A stretch of DNA of 64,000 nt from positions 4,832,001-4,896,000 of the forward strand of contig OY769902.1 of assembly GCA_963669175.1 (NCBI GenBank), in the 5' to 3' direction. The notes beneath the pieces are model-generated. The model did no database searches. It was not told where the DNA came from and saw only the letters and a list, made by a program, of their open reading frames with translations. The translations under genes and the position numbers were made by a program. The DNA is from a bacterium. Lineage in GTDB: Bacteria > Electryoneota > Electryoneia > Electryoneales > Electryoneaceae. Of this stretch, positions 47,297 to 57,422 are shown in pieces (the first letter of the stretch is position 1; every line of letters starts with the position of its first letter).

Positions 47297-49540
47297 CTAC
47301 TGTTGTGTACTGTAGTTGTAGGAAAGAATGAACAGCGCAGTACGTCCGCGATAGGGGCCGTACCGGGCATCTGTCTCATCAAACAGGTTTTCCAGCTTGC
47401 AGGCGGCACGGAAGCCATGCGGAAGCTCCCGGGAGACGGCAAGATTCCAGAGTGTATACGGGTTGGTCTGCTCATTACTCACCTGGTCGTCAGTACCGAA
47501 ACGATCCTGGAACCACATGGCACCGGTATAACGTGCCCAGAGGCGGAAGTTCCACGGTTCAGGATGCCAGTTGACCAGGAAACGCGCTGAGTGTTTTGGC
47601 CTGCGCATTAATTCCTGATCCGTTTCACGGTTCCTTGTTTCCAGGTAACTGTATGCGATCCCGTAACGCCAGTTATTGCCAACGAGGAAGGTGCGTTCTA
47701 TTTCAACGCCACGTGTCCACGCCGATACAATATTCTCATACTGGTAAATACCGGTATAGAACTCTTCCGTAACCCCCAGAGAATCAAAATCAATCAGGTT
47801 TTCCATATCGTTGTAGAACATGGAAATACGTGAGGTGGAACGATCCTTGTAGGTATGCTCCACGCTGAAGGTGTAGCTGATCGAGGTCTCCGGTTCGAGA
47901 TCCGGGTTCCCTCGCACGATATAACCCGCCGAAGCATGGTTGAAGGTGTAATACAGTTCCTTGGAAGATGGCGCACGATAACCACGACCTACGGAGGAGC
48001 GTACCCGGATGCTGTCCCACGGTTTCCACATGGCGCTGATCTTGGGGCTGATGTGAACTCCGTACACTTCATGTTGCTCATACCGCACTCCCGGCACCAG
48101 GGTAAAGCGGGGATTAAGGATAAATTCATCCTGAACAAATGCGTCCCAGGCATTGATTTTAGCGTTAAAATCACTTCGCAGCGCGCTGCTCATCAGGTTG
48201 TGGGCTTCAATGTCCCACCAGTATACATCCGCACCGAAAATCACTCGATGTGCAGCCCCGAAATTACGAGTTGCCTGCCCCCCGATTTCCAGGTACTCCT
48301 CATCACTCTCGCTGAAATCCCTGCGGATACGATTGTCAGTCTGGGTGTATTTCGCCCAATCGTGGGTGTTCTGGGAACGGTAGATTTTCAGAGAATAGAC
48401 TTCCGCCCAGCCCGGACGGCAATCAAGTTCAGCAGAAAGATCCACACGCCGGTTGAATTCCTCATCATCATAGGCCACCTGAACCGATTGCAGCCCGGCA
48501 TCTTCGATCCAGAGTTTCTCTTCCTGGTTGGTCCGGAAACCGAGGGTCAGTGTTGCGGGCGGGGTGATGTCATGACTCAGGCGAGCAAATCCGGTAACCT
48601 TATCGGCCCCCTCCACGCCTTCAGTATGGGCCGTGGAAGGGTCGGAATCCATGATATCGTTTGTGTCAAAGCGAAGACCGGAACGGAAGCGTGTCTTCTC
48701 ACTCCCCAGCGACAGATCAAGCGCCGATCCTGCGATAGGGGCGTGAATGCGTGTACGGTTCAGCTCATCATTCCCTTGCGATGGAATGTACCCACCGCCG
48801 GAAACCTGGGCGCCAAGGCTGAAAGGCGCGGTATTTCGGCTGGTGATTACATTGATCACACCGCCAATCGCTTCGCTGCCATACAGGGTAGATACTGCCC
48901 CTTTAACGATTTCGATCTGTTGCACGTCCTGTGTGGAAAGCTGGTTCAGGTCTATCGAACCATCCACTCGTCCGATCACACGGCTTCCATCGACAAGCAC
49001 CAGCACACGTTCCGGGTCCATGCCCTGTATGGTTACTCCCTGTCCCGCGAAATCCTCACGGATGTCAATCCCAATCTCGTTTTGCAGCGCTTCAGACACA
49101 GTCGTGGCTTCCGACTGTTCAATATCCTTGCTGGTAATCAATTCTGTTGCTACGGGGACATTCTTCAGGAGTTGGATGGTGCGAGTGGCTGTATAGACAA
49201 CCTGGTCCAGCTCAACCGGATCAGAAATTAAAAAGACAGTGAGGTCTTTTATTCCTTCAACGGTTACTACCAGCTCTTCCGTATGGGTCGCATAGCCCAG
49301 GTTTGATATCTCCAGGCTGACTTTTCCAAGAGGCGAGGGTTGCAGCAGAAAACGACCATCGAGATCGGTTGCCACGCCACGTTGAGTGCCCACCACACGG
49401 ATATTGGCGTTGGCTAACGGTTGCCCGTTTTCCGAATCGAGAACGACGCCGGATATAAAAGCGGCTTCAGCGGTGTATGGATATAGTACTGCCATTCCCA
49501 CAAGGGTCAGCAGTGTAATCGTGACCAGGTTACGTACCAC
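47297..49540 (-). CDS. TonB-dependent receptor (HmuR-like, probably heme uptake)
   Basis: N-terminal carboxypeptidase-regulatory-like domain (GVVLDSENGQPLANANI), VVYTATRT, plug IEIVKGAVSTLYGSEAIGGVINVIT, YRAP and NPDLEPE. A GTG start at 49540 is more likely than 49591. Confidence 0.9.
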   Translation of the reverse strand: MVRNLVTITLLTLVGMAVLYPYTAEAAFISGVVLDSENGQPLANANIRVVGTQRGVATDLDGRFLLQPSPLGKVSLEISNLGYATHTEELVVTVEGIKDLTVFLISDPVELDQVVYTATRTIQLLKNVPVATELITSKDIEQSEATTVSEALQNEIGIDIREDFAGQGVTIQGMDPERVLVLVDGSRVIGRVDGSIDLNQLSTQDVQQIEIVKGAVSTLYGSEAIGGVINVITSRNTAPFSLGAQVSGGGYIPSQGNDELNRTRIHAPIAGSALDLSLGSEKTRFRSGLRFDTNDIMDSDPSTAHTEGVEGADKVTGFARLSHDITPPATLTLGFRTNQEEKLWIEDAGLQSVQVAYDDEEFNRRVDLSAELDCRPGWAEVYSLKIYRSQNTHDWAKYTQTDNRIRRDFSESDEEYLEIGGQATRNFGAAHRVIFGADVYWWDIEAHNLMSSALRSDFNAKINAWDAFVQDEFILNPRFTLVPGVRYEQHEVYGVHISPKISAMWKPWDSIRVRSSVGRGYRAPSSKELYYTFNHASAGYIVRGNPDLEPETSISYTFSVEHTYKDRSTSRISMFYNDMENLIDFDSLGVTEEFYTGIYQYENIVSAWTRGVEIERTFLVGNNWRYGIAYSYLETRNRETDQELMRRPKHSARFLVNWHPEPWNFRLWARYTGAMWFQDRFGTDDQVSNEQTNPYTLWNLAVSRELPHGFRAACKLENLFDETDARYGPYRGRTALFILSYNYSTQQ

Positions 49541-49898
49541 GTGATCTAAACCTTCTTCAACTGTTCTAGATACTGCCCCCATGGAATGCATCGGTAGTGG
49601 ACCGAATCAGATAAATCGGTCAACTAGCATTGGAAAGTGTAGGTTTGGAGCGGTGGAGAAATGTCACAGAAATTTCATGCAAGCTACAGCAGGAGCCAAA
49701 CTGAGGCGTATGGCGGTTCAAGCGAAGAAAGCAACTCATGTATAAGGATGGGTGGCCCGATTTGCCGTACTGCGATGCTGCATTCCTTGATTGAGTATAC
49801 AAACGGCAAGAATGGCTGGGACTCATGAGGGTAAGGAGGCAAGTCGTGATTGCGCAGAGGTGCAATATCCATCCCTGCGTCTCGTTATGAATAGTTGT

Positions 49899-50391
49899 CA
49901 CAATCCCGACAGCAAGCAGTCGGGCCAAGCGACCATCTCACACACATGTCATCCCCCTCATGTCATCCCCGAAGCAGCGTCTGTTTGCTGCTAGTGGGGA
50001 TCTCGAGCGACACAATCCCGACAGCAAGCAGTCGGGCCAAACGACCATCTCACACACATGTCATCCCCCTCATGTCATCCCCGAAGCAGCGTCTGTTTGC
50101 TGCTAGCGGGGATCTCGAGCAACCCAATCCCGACAGCAAGCAGTCGGGCCAAACGACCATCTCACACACATGTCATCCCCCTCATGTCATCCCCGAAGCA
50201 GCGTCTGTTTGCTGCTAGCGGGGATCTCGAGCGACACAATCCCGACAGCAAGCAGTCGGGCCAAACGACCATCTCACACACATGTCATCCACGTATACGT
50301 GTCATTCCCCGCATGTCATCACCCGCATGTCATCCCTGAAGCAGCGTATGTTTGCTGCTATCGGGGATCTCGAGCGACATAATCCCGACAG
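49899..50391. repeat. 112-bp tandem palindromic (BIME-like) array, 4 units plus a partial fifth
   Basis: caatcccgac at 49901, 50013, 50125 and 50237. Each unit has CCCGAC..GTCGGG and TGTCATCCCCGAAGCAGC..GCTGCTAGCGGGGATCTC hairpins. Confidence 0.92.
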
Positions 50392-50448
50392 TTGCACTCC
50401 GCCACCCATTCAAGCCCTTTTTCTTTCTCACATCTTCGTGTGTCTGAC

Positions 50449-50689
50449 TATTCCGCAGGAATTAGATAAGCGAGCCCCGGGTACGTGCCGTCAGTTTGGC
50501 ACGCACCCGGGGTAAGGATTCCCAAAATGATCTACTCCAAAGGAGTTGGATAAAGGTGCTCGTCATCAGCGCATTTCCAGTCTTCTATCCAACTCCTTCA
50601 GAGTTGAATGCCCTGTGGACAAGAACCCCGGGTAGGCGTCAAACTGACGACACCTACCCGGGGCTCACCTATCTAACTCCTTCGGAGTA
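50449..50689. repeat. About 240-bp imperfect palindrome of nested hairpins (ACTCCNNAGGAGTT and CCCCGGGT..ACCCGGGG)
   Basis: 50449-50512 is the near reverse complement of 50626-50689. An inner pair lies at about 50533-50555 and 50583-50605. Confidence 0.8.
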
Positions 50690-50752
50690 AAACTACTAAA
50701 ACCCTTTTCGTGTGGATAGCAACTGAAGGACTAACTCCTTGAAATAATTTAC

Positions 50753-50817
50753 AATAAACCCCGCCGGACAACAGCCTTCGCTTCGCTGCGGTCTGTTTCA
50801 AGCCGGTCGGGGCCAAA
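50753..50817 (-). repeat. Inverted homolog of the 44252-44313 element
   Basis: Reverse complement is tttggccccgaccggcttgaaacagaccgcagcgaagcgaaggctgttgtccggcggggtttatt. Confidence 0.75.
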
Positions 50818-50829
50818 AAGAATTCAGGA

Positions 50830-50918
50830 GCAAAAAAAGGGGGCTATTACCCTTTCGTCTCGTGTAAATAATACACTTCATGATATAGCTGTTCGAAAAG
50901 GTGACTGTCCCCTTTTGC
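50830..50918. repeat. Inverted-repeat element, copy E
   Basis: Right arm cgaaaaggtgactgtccccttttgcc is identical to that of copy D. Confidence 0.8.
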
Positions 50919-50932
50919 CTCACACCCTCTTT

Positions 50933-52132
50933 TCAAACCGGCAAAATCGTCTGAGGTTTCTGGCCATCGAGCAACCCTTGGTACAACAATTCGAGGCGGT
51001 TGATCATGACATCGATGGAGAAACAATCTTCAGCGCGTTTACGTCCGGCTTTTCCCAGACGTTTGCGCAGGTCCGCATCCTCCAGCAGCGTGGAAAGCGC
51101 ATTCGTCATCGCGTCTACATTCCCGGCTTCCACTAATGTCCCGGTTGCACCATCTTCGACCACCTCGGACACTCCGCCGGTACTCATGGCAACTGTGGGG
51201 GTCTCGGCAGCCATTGCCTCCACCAGCACACGCCCCTGGCCCTCGTTACGGCTGGTCAGGCCAAGGATATCCATGGCCGAATACAGGTGTGGGATATCTT
51301 TTCGCCACCCGGTCCACAGGATACGATCCTTCAGATTCAGTTCTTCCGCACGTTTCTGCAGGTCGAACCGCATGTCGCCATCACCGACCACCAGGAACTT
51401 GACCTTCTCATTCTTCTCAGCCAGCTTTCCAGCCGTTTCGATGAAGAAGTCCGGGCCTTTCACTTCGGTCAGGCGTCCGACAAATCCGACCACAAGATCA
51501 TCCGTGCCGAAACCAAGCTCATTGCGAACCTTAACCCGGCGCCCACGTTTTGGATAATACGGCGTCAGCTCTACGCCACTGGGCACAATACAGAACTGCT
51601 CACGTTTTCCGGCCGAAACCTTCTCAAACGCACGCAACTCATCCATGGTCAAGCCGACAATCGCATCAGCCCAACCGGCTAAACCCTTCTCAATTTTCGT
51701 AAAGACGCCACTTGCGGTCGAACTGCCGTACCCGGAGAAAACATGGCCGTGCGGTGTATAGATGACCTTTGTATTCACACGCGCCCATTTTGCGGCTACA
51801 CGTCCGATGGCTCCCGCTTTCGCCGAGTGCAGGTGAATGATGTTGGGACGCAGGGAACGAATAATACCAGTCAGCGCGGGCAGGGCACGGATATCCGACT
51901 GAGGTTGAATGGGACGCACAAGGGTGGGTTCGAGCAGCAGACGATCCCCCAGGCGACGGCGATATTCCTCCGATGGGCCGCTGCCATCGAGACCGGGCCC
52001 GGTCAGGACGATGGATTGAAACCGTTCCGGATCAACACGCTCCGCTGATAACACCGTGTTCTCCGCCGAGCCACCCGGATCAAGCCGTGTGATGATGTGC
52101 AATACACGGATCTTCTTTCTCTTCTCGACCAT
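50933..52132 (-). CDS. Glycosyltransferase family 4 (GT-B)
   Basis: Probable start MVEKRKKIRVLHIITRLDPGGS after GAGG. Motifs HLHSAKAG, YTPHGH, VGRLTEVKG, EGQGRVLVEAMA. The track's extension to 52444 would overlap moxR. Confidence 0.92.
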   Translation of the reverse strand: MVEKRKKIRVLHIITRLDPGGSAENTVLSAERVDPERFQSIVLTGPGLDGSGPSEEYRRRLGDRLLLEPTLVRPIQPQSDIRALPALTGIIRSLRPNIIHLHSAKAGAIGRVAAKWARVNTKVIYTPHGHVFSGYGSSTASGVFTKIEKGLAGWADAIVGLTMDELRAFEKVSAGKREQFCIVPSGVELTPYYPKRGRRVKVRNELGFGTDDLVVGFVGRLTEVKGPDFFIETAGKLAEKNEKVKFLVVGDGDMRFDLQKRAEELNLKDRILWTGWRKDIPHLYSAMDILGLTSRNEGQGRVLVEAMAAETPTVAMSTGGVSEVVEDGATGTLVEAGNVDAMTNALSTLLEDADLRKRLGKAGRKRAEDCFSIDVMINRLELLYQGLLDGQKPQTILPV

Positions 52133-52297
52133 GATGAATCCTCTTCTCCCTGTCCTGAGGGAACCTACGGCCTGAATCCACTGTAACACAAGCAACCGTG
52201 AAGCTTCACCGGGGATTCCAGCCCCGGAGGCGGCGTTGATAAGGAGTCGGGTTTCTCGTACTTTACAGCGACAACAACCAGATAATCGGGAACAACG

Positions 52298-53296
52298 ATG
52301 GCAGCAACGGATCATCCGGACGTACAGCAACTGAAAAAGCTGGCAGACGCGCACCAGACCTTGCGTGATGAAATCAGCAAAGTGATTGTCGGGCAGCATG
52401 AAGTGGTGGATCAACTGCTGATCTCGCTGTTTTCGCGCGGCCATGCCCTGTTGGTGGGTGTTCCCGGCCTGGCGAAAACCCTTCTCATTCGTAGCCTCGC
52501 GCAGGCCTTCAAGCTTGATTTCAACCGCATCCAGTTCACCCCGGACCTGATGCCGACCGACATCACCGGTACGGAAATCATTGAAGAGGACCGCGCTACA
52601 GGAAAACGGCAGTTCCGTTTCATTCGCGGCCCGTTGTTCTCACAGGTCGTGCTGGCGGACGAGATCAACCGTACACCACCGAAAACCCAGGCCGCCTTGT
52701 TGCAGGCCATGCAGGAGCATGAGATCAGCGCCTCAGGCACAACCTATACACTGGAAGAACCCTTTTTCGTGCTGGCTACTCAGAACCCGATTGAGCAGGA
52801 AGGCACCTATCCCCTGCCCGAAGCCCAGTTGGACCGATTTATGTTCATGCTGCTGGTGGAGTATCCTTCACAGAAAGAAGAAATCGACATCGTCGGCTCG
52901 ACCACATCCGGTGACGCCAGCGCTATTGCTCCGGTTCTGGACGCCAAAGATGTGATCGCTTTGCAGGAACTGGTGAGACGAGTTCCGGTCGCGCCGAATG
53001 TGTTGGAATACGCAGTGAATCTGGTCAGGAAAACACGTCCTGCGGAAGATGAAGCGCCAGACTATGTGAAAGAGTGGATCCGTTGGGGCGCCGGTCCACG
53101 TGCCGGACAATATATGATTCTCGGCGCGAAAGCACGTGCCGCTCTGGATGGACGTCCTACGCCGGAAGTGCGTGACGTGCAGACCCTGGCGAAACCCGTC
53201 CTGCGGCATCGCCTGGTACGGACATTCCGTGCCGAAGCGGATGGAATCGATACTGATCAGGTAATCGAACGACTGCTGAATGAAAAGGTGGTGTAG
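52298..53296 (+). CDS. moxR: MoxR-family AAA+ ATPase
   Basis: GVPGLAKT, RIQFTPDLMPTDITG, LADEINRTPPKTQAALL, ATQNPIEQEGTYPLPEAQLDRF. Confidence 0.95.
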   Translation: MAATDHPDVQQLKKLADAHQTLRDEISKVIVGQHEVVDQLLISLFSRGHALLVGVPGLAKTLLIRSLAQAFKLDFNRIQFTPDLMPTDITGTEIIEEDRATGKRQFRFIRGPLFSQVVLADEINRTPPKTQAALLQAMQEHEISASGTTYTLEEPFFVLATQNPIEQEGTYPLPEAQLDRFMFMLLVEYPSQKEEIDIVGSTTSGDASAIAPVLDAKDVIALQELVRRVPVAPNVLEYAVNLVRKTRPAEDEAPDYVKEWIRWGAGPRAGQYMILGAKARAALDGRPTPEVRDVQTLAKPVLRHRLVRTFRAEADGIDTDQVIERLLNEKVV

Positions 53297-53350
53297 AATC
53301 CCGATTGCCGATTGATTGTCCTGACAAACAGTTTTGCAGTATCCGCATAG

Positions 53351-53380
53351 ACCTGCTCAGTTGAGCAGGTTTTTCTTTTT
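53351..53380 (+). terminator. Rho-independent terminator after moxR
   Basis: acctgctc-agtt-gagcaggt followed by ttttcttttt. Confidence 0.75.
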
Positions 53381-53492
53381 CATTGCACTTTCTCCCTCGG
53401 AGCACTCTTGAATTTTCATTAGTATTGATTCGTCTTTAATGTTAGACTACCCTTACAACCCAACATCATTTAACGGAGAACCTGAAAAAGCC

Positions 53493-54122
53493 ATGACAGT
53501 ACAGGAAGCGATTGAAAGAAGACGGTCGGTGCATTCGTATGATCCGTCGGTTACGATACAGGATAATGAATTGCGCGATTTGCTCCAGTTGGCCACGCTG
53601 GCCCCCTCCTCGTTTAACCTGAACCACTGGCGTTTTATTTCGGTAACATCCCGGGAAGGCAAGCAAAAGTTATTCGATCTCTCATTGAATCAACACCATA
53701 TTCGTGACGCTTCGGCAGTACTGATCATCCTGGGCAAGATCAACGCCCACGAGGATGTAGGCCTGTTCATCGAAGACTGGATCGAAAAGGGGTATTATCC
53801 GGACGATTCTCACTTGCGTCGTGTTTCTGAAGGGTTCTATGGTACGCGCCCGGAGATGCAGCGTGACGAAGCCATTCGCAGCACCTCTATCATGGCGGGA
53901 ATGTTGATGCTGGCCGCGTTTGAACGTGGTTGGTCAACAGCGCCGATTATCGGTTTTAACGGAAAGCGACTGATGGAAGAACTCGCCATTCCGGACAACT
54001 ATCTGCCCGTGATGCTGATGACAATCGGTAAGGAACTTGTACCACCACCGCCTCGAGTAAAGCGGCTTGGGCTGGATTCTGTCATGATGCAGGAGCGTTT
54101 CAGGCTTTCAGATACTCTTTAA
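53493..54122 (+). CDS. Nitroreductase-family flavoprotein
   Basis: RRSVHSY, APSSFNLNHWRF, LMLAAFERGWSTAPIIGF. Start MTVQEAI preferred over 53439. Confidence 0.9.
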   Translation: MTVQEAIERRRSVHSYDPSVTIQDNELRDLLQLATLAPSSFNLNHWRFISVTSREGKQKLFDLSLNQHHIRDASAVLIILGKINAHEDVGLFIEDWIEKGYYPDDSHLRRVSEGFYGTRPEMQRDEAIRSTSIMAGMLMLAAFERGWSTAPIIGFNGKRLMEELAIPDNYLPVMLMTIGKELVPPPPRVKRLGLDSVMMQERFRLSDTL

Positions 54123-57100
54123 GGATACGATCCAGCACATTCAGTTTCATCGGCTTTTGTATGTACCCGGCCACCATTTTCCCCGCGAAACGCTCACGTG
54201 CATCAGTCTCGGCAGCGCCGCTGATGATCACGATGGGCGTATCGGGCTGAAGAGTTCTCATTTCATCAAAAATCTCTTCGATTGGTTTGCCAGGCATGCT
54301 CATATCCAACAGAACCAGATCAATGTTCAGATCCTTATCCTCGGCCAGTTGCAGCGCTTCCTCGCCTGAAGCGGAAGATGTGACACGATAGTTCAGCCGT
54401 TCGAGCATCTTCCTGGTTACGGTGCGGACTGTGGTGTCATCATCAACCAGCAGAATTCGCGGTCTGCCGCTTAATACAGGTCTAATCGCAGGATGGTCCG
54501 ATTCTGCCAGTTGCTGTTCGGGAGCCACCGGAAAATAGACTCTGAATGTGCTGCCTTTGCCTACGGTTGATTCGACCTGAACTGTACCATTGTGTCCCCT
54601 GATTATTCCGAGAGAAGCTGCCAGTCCCAGGCCGCGCCCGGTGAATTTGGTAGTAAAGAACGGATCGAAGAGCTTTTCCAATGTTTCCTGGTGCATACCT
54701 TCGCCGTTATCCCGCACCTCCAGGACGATATACTCACCGGGCAGCAAAGGCTCCTGGACATAACGGCTGGCCAGGGCTTCTTCGTCAAACTTGCCGTTGG
54801 ACACATCCAGGATAATGGATCCCGATTCAGATGGAATAGCTTCCGAGGCGTTGGTGACCAATTGGATCAATAACTGGCGAATCTGGGTTTCATCAGCATG
54901 AAACAGCGGCACATTCGGGGTGGATTTTACTTCGATATGATGTTGACGTGTAACTGTGTTCTCGATCAAGCCAAGGGTATTATCAATTACTTCCCTGATG
55001 TTCATTCTTCTCTTTATAAAGTGTCCTTTCCCGGAATAGTCGAGCATTTGCCGACTCAGGCTGGCAGCCTTTGTCGCAGAATGGTCGATTTCTTCAAGCA
55101 GATCCAGTAATTCCGGTTGATCTTTCAGCTCAAGTTCCAGGAGCTGAGCATTGCCCAGAACACCAGTAAGCAGGTTATTGAAATCGTGGGCGATACCACC
55201 GGCCAGAATACCCAGGCTCTCCATTTTCTGAACGATGCGGACCTGCTCCTCAAGCTTGCGCCTTTCCTTCTCAGCGTTGCGAATATCAGTAATATCACGG
55301 TTTAGCGAAAGGATTGCACGCTTTCCTTTGTACTCAACCAGCGAGGCATTGATGGTTACGTTCAGGAGTAAACCGTCTTTTCTTTTCTGAATCGTCTCAA
55401 AGCTGAGTCTGCCTTCCTGGTCAATTAGCCGTTGAATTTTACGTTTACCATTCTCAATATTGGTCGAAATTATATCGAGCGTCAGGGTTAGAAACTCTTC
55501 ACGACTGTACCCATACTGTTCACAGGCTTTTTGATTGACTTCCAACACCTGTTCGCACTCAGGTTCAAATATGATTATGGCATCGTGCGCATTCTCGAAG
55601 AGGCCACGGTAATCACGTTCGGAACGCCTGAGTGCGATTTCAGCCAGCTTGGCGTCCGTAATCTCACGGCTTAACCCAACAAGGCCGGTCACATCACCGT
55701 CTTCGTTTTTCAAGGGTACTTTACGTGAGGAAAATGTTCTTATCCCTGCTTCACCCAAATCCATGGTTTCTTCAGCTTCGATAGATTTTCCATGTTCCAA
55801 AACCTGCCGGTCCGATTCCATACAAGATGCGGCAAGATCAGGCGGCATATAATCCGTGTCTCTTGTTCCGAGAATTTTGTCTTTGGGCAGCCCAATGAAA
55901 TCAACAAATGCCTGGTTGACAAGTTCCAGATTCCCTTCCTTGTTCTTCTGGTATAGCAGGTCAGGGATCGCTTCCATGATAGCGTTTAGTCGCGAATTTG
56001 TTTTTCGAAGGGCACGTTCGCTTTCGATACGTTCCGTAATATCCAGCAGTGTCGCTCCAGCCCATTTTTCGTTGTTCGGACCGGTCAGGGGAAATTTCAG
56101 CGCAAGAGTATAACCGATTCGTCCATCCGGTTTCTGATGACGTTCAATGGCCTCGATCACCTGACCTGAATCAAAAACCTTCTGATAATGGAGCGTATAC
56201 TCTTCAGCAAATTCAGGATCGAAAATCTCTTTGATTGTTTTTCCTTCTACGTCCTGTCCCAAGTCCATTTTAACCCGGGCATTGGCAAAGGTGATACGCA
56301 GGTTTTCATCCACAACGACGGCGGACATCGGGGAATTGTCCATAAACTCCTGAAAGAGGATTTCCCGTTGCTTCAGCGCAGAAGAAGTCGCTTCCGCTTC
56401 CGTCACGTCGGTCACAAAATTCAGCGCTGCCGGCCTGCCCTGCCATTCAATCAGGACAACCTTCATTTTCGCCAGGCGAGTTTTTCCACCATGACCGATG
56501 GCTCGAAAAAGGTAGTCGGCGGTAACACCCGGAACACCTGCAAGACGTTGTTTGTGACGCTCCATGGTAGCGCGGCGATCATCCGGGTGGACCAGAGGAA
56601 GGAAATTGGGGAGTTCTTCCAGCTCTTCTCGTGTATACCCAATCATTTGGAGTAAGGTATCATTGAACATCTTGATTTTACCATCCTGGGTAATAAAAAT
56701 CGCTTCATTTGCATTTTCTACGACGGCACGATATATCGCCTCCTGGTCTTTCAGTTGCTTTCTGATTGCTTCCTGTTCGCTTATATCATGGATTATAACC
56801 AATATCGATTCTTTGCCGAAATGGTTCTCAAAAGACTGAATATGAATTTCAACTGCTTTCTCTTCTCCATTACGGAGTCTGTGTCTGGTGACAACTTTTG
56901 CCAGCCTTTCCGAACCACATTGTGCGAGGCTGTCTTTTATTATAGCCGGTGACTCTGTCGCTATTTCAGCTATGGACAGACCAATCATATGGCCGTGCGC
57001 ATAGCCGTAAAATGCTTCGGCAGCTTGATTTGCATTGGTAATAATCAGCGACTCCACATCCACCAGGCACATCACAGCCGGATGAGAATGGAAAAGGGTA

Positions 57101-57150
57101 TAGAAAAGAGGCGCTTGCTCAGCAAAGCCAGATTCTGATAGTTCAGCCAC
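54100..57150 (-). CDS. Cytoplasmic multi-PAS hybrid sensor histidine kinase/response regulator
   Basis: About five PAS/PAC units (DISE, DVTE, DITE, EITD, DITD ends), H-box LAGGIAHDFNNLL, DNGEGM, PFFTTKFTGRGLGL and a C-terminal receiver (LLVDDD...LLDMSMP...KP). Confidence 0.95.
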   Translation of the reverse strand: MAELSESGFAEQAPLFYTLFHSHPAVMCLVDVESLIITNANQAAEAFYGYAHGHMIGLSIAEIATESPAIIKDSLAQCGSERLAKVVTRHRLRNGEEKAVEIHIQSFENHFGKESILVIIHDISEQEAIRKQLKDQEAIYRAVVENANEAIFITQDGKIKMFNDTLLQMIGYTREELEELPNFLPLVHPDDRRATMERHKQRLAGVPGVTADYLFRAIGHGGKTRLAKMKVVLIEWQGRPAALNFVTDVTEAEATSSALKQREILFQEFMDNSPMSAVVVDENLRITFANARVKMDLGQDVEGKTIKEIFDPEFAEEYTLHYQKVFDSGQVIEAIERHQKPDGRIGYTLALKFPLTGPNNEKWAGATLLDITERIESERALRKTNSRLNAIMEAIPDLLYQKNKEGNLELVNQAFVDFIGLPKDKILGTRDTDYMPPDLAASCMESDRQVLEHGKSIEAEETMDLGEAGIRTFSSRKVPLKNEDGDVTGLVGLSREITDAKLAEIALRRSERDYRGLFENAHDAIIIFEPECEQVLEVNQKACEQYGYSREEFLTLTLDIISTNIENGKRKIQRLIDQEGRLSFETIQKRKDGLLLNVTINASLVEYKGKRAILSLNRDITDIRNAEKERRKLEEQVRIVQKMESLGILAGGIAHDFNNLLTGVLGNAQLLELELKDQPELLDLLEEIDHSATKAASLSRQMLDYSGKGHFIKRRMNIREVIDNTLGLIENTVTRQHHIEVKSTPNVPLFHADETQIRQLLIQLVTNASEAIPSESGSIILDVSNGKFDEEALASRYVQEPLLPGEYIVLEVRDNGEGMHQETLEKLFDPFFTTKFTGRGLGLAASLGIIRGHNGTVQVESTVGKGSTFRVYFPVAPEQQLAESDHPAIRPVLSGRPRILLVDDDTTVRTVTRKMLERLNYRVTSSASGEEALQLAEDKDLNIDLVLLDMSMPGKPIEEIFDEMRTLQPDTPIVIISGAAETDARERFAGKMVAGYIQKPMKLNVLDRILKEYLKA

Positions 57151-57356
57151 TATCGTTTCTCTCCCGTATTACAATTCTCCCTGCACACAGGTGTTCAGAC
57201 AGCCAGTTCCGGACTTTGATTCAAACAATTTCTTTCCACGAAAGGATCGTTTAAAAGACCAGATTATCGTCCCATGGTAAGCAAAATATAGTCAAAGAAA
57301 ACACGAATTACGCAAAATAACAACGCACCAGGAGTTATTACTATAGCAATATTTAC

Positions 57357-57387
57357 GAAAAACCCGGTATTAGAACAAATACCGGGT
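57357..57387 (-). terminator. Rho-independent terminator after metE
   Basis: Minus strand acccggtatt-tgttct-aataccgggt followed by tttt. Confidence 0.7.
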
Positions 57388-57422
57388 AAAATGTTTGCTT
57401 CTACTAAAACCAAACGAAAATA

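Noticed and set aside
47855-49231. 458-aa plus-strand ORF
   Set aside because: Antisense shadow of the TonB-dependent receptor.
49600-49890. Cobalamin riboswitch or Fur box upstream of the TonB receptor
   Set aside because: I could not see the B12-box/GCCACTG elements or a convincing Fur palindrome by eye; an Rfam scan would be decisive.
49899-50391. CRISPR array or repeat-protein ORFs
   Set aside because: Whole 112-bp units are repeated with no unique spacers. The period is not a multiple of 3, so the ORFs are artefacts.
52133-52444. 104-aa N-terminal extension of the glycosyltransferase
   Set aside because: It overlaps the divergent moxR start, and a good RBS and GT4 N-terminus are at 52132.
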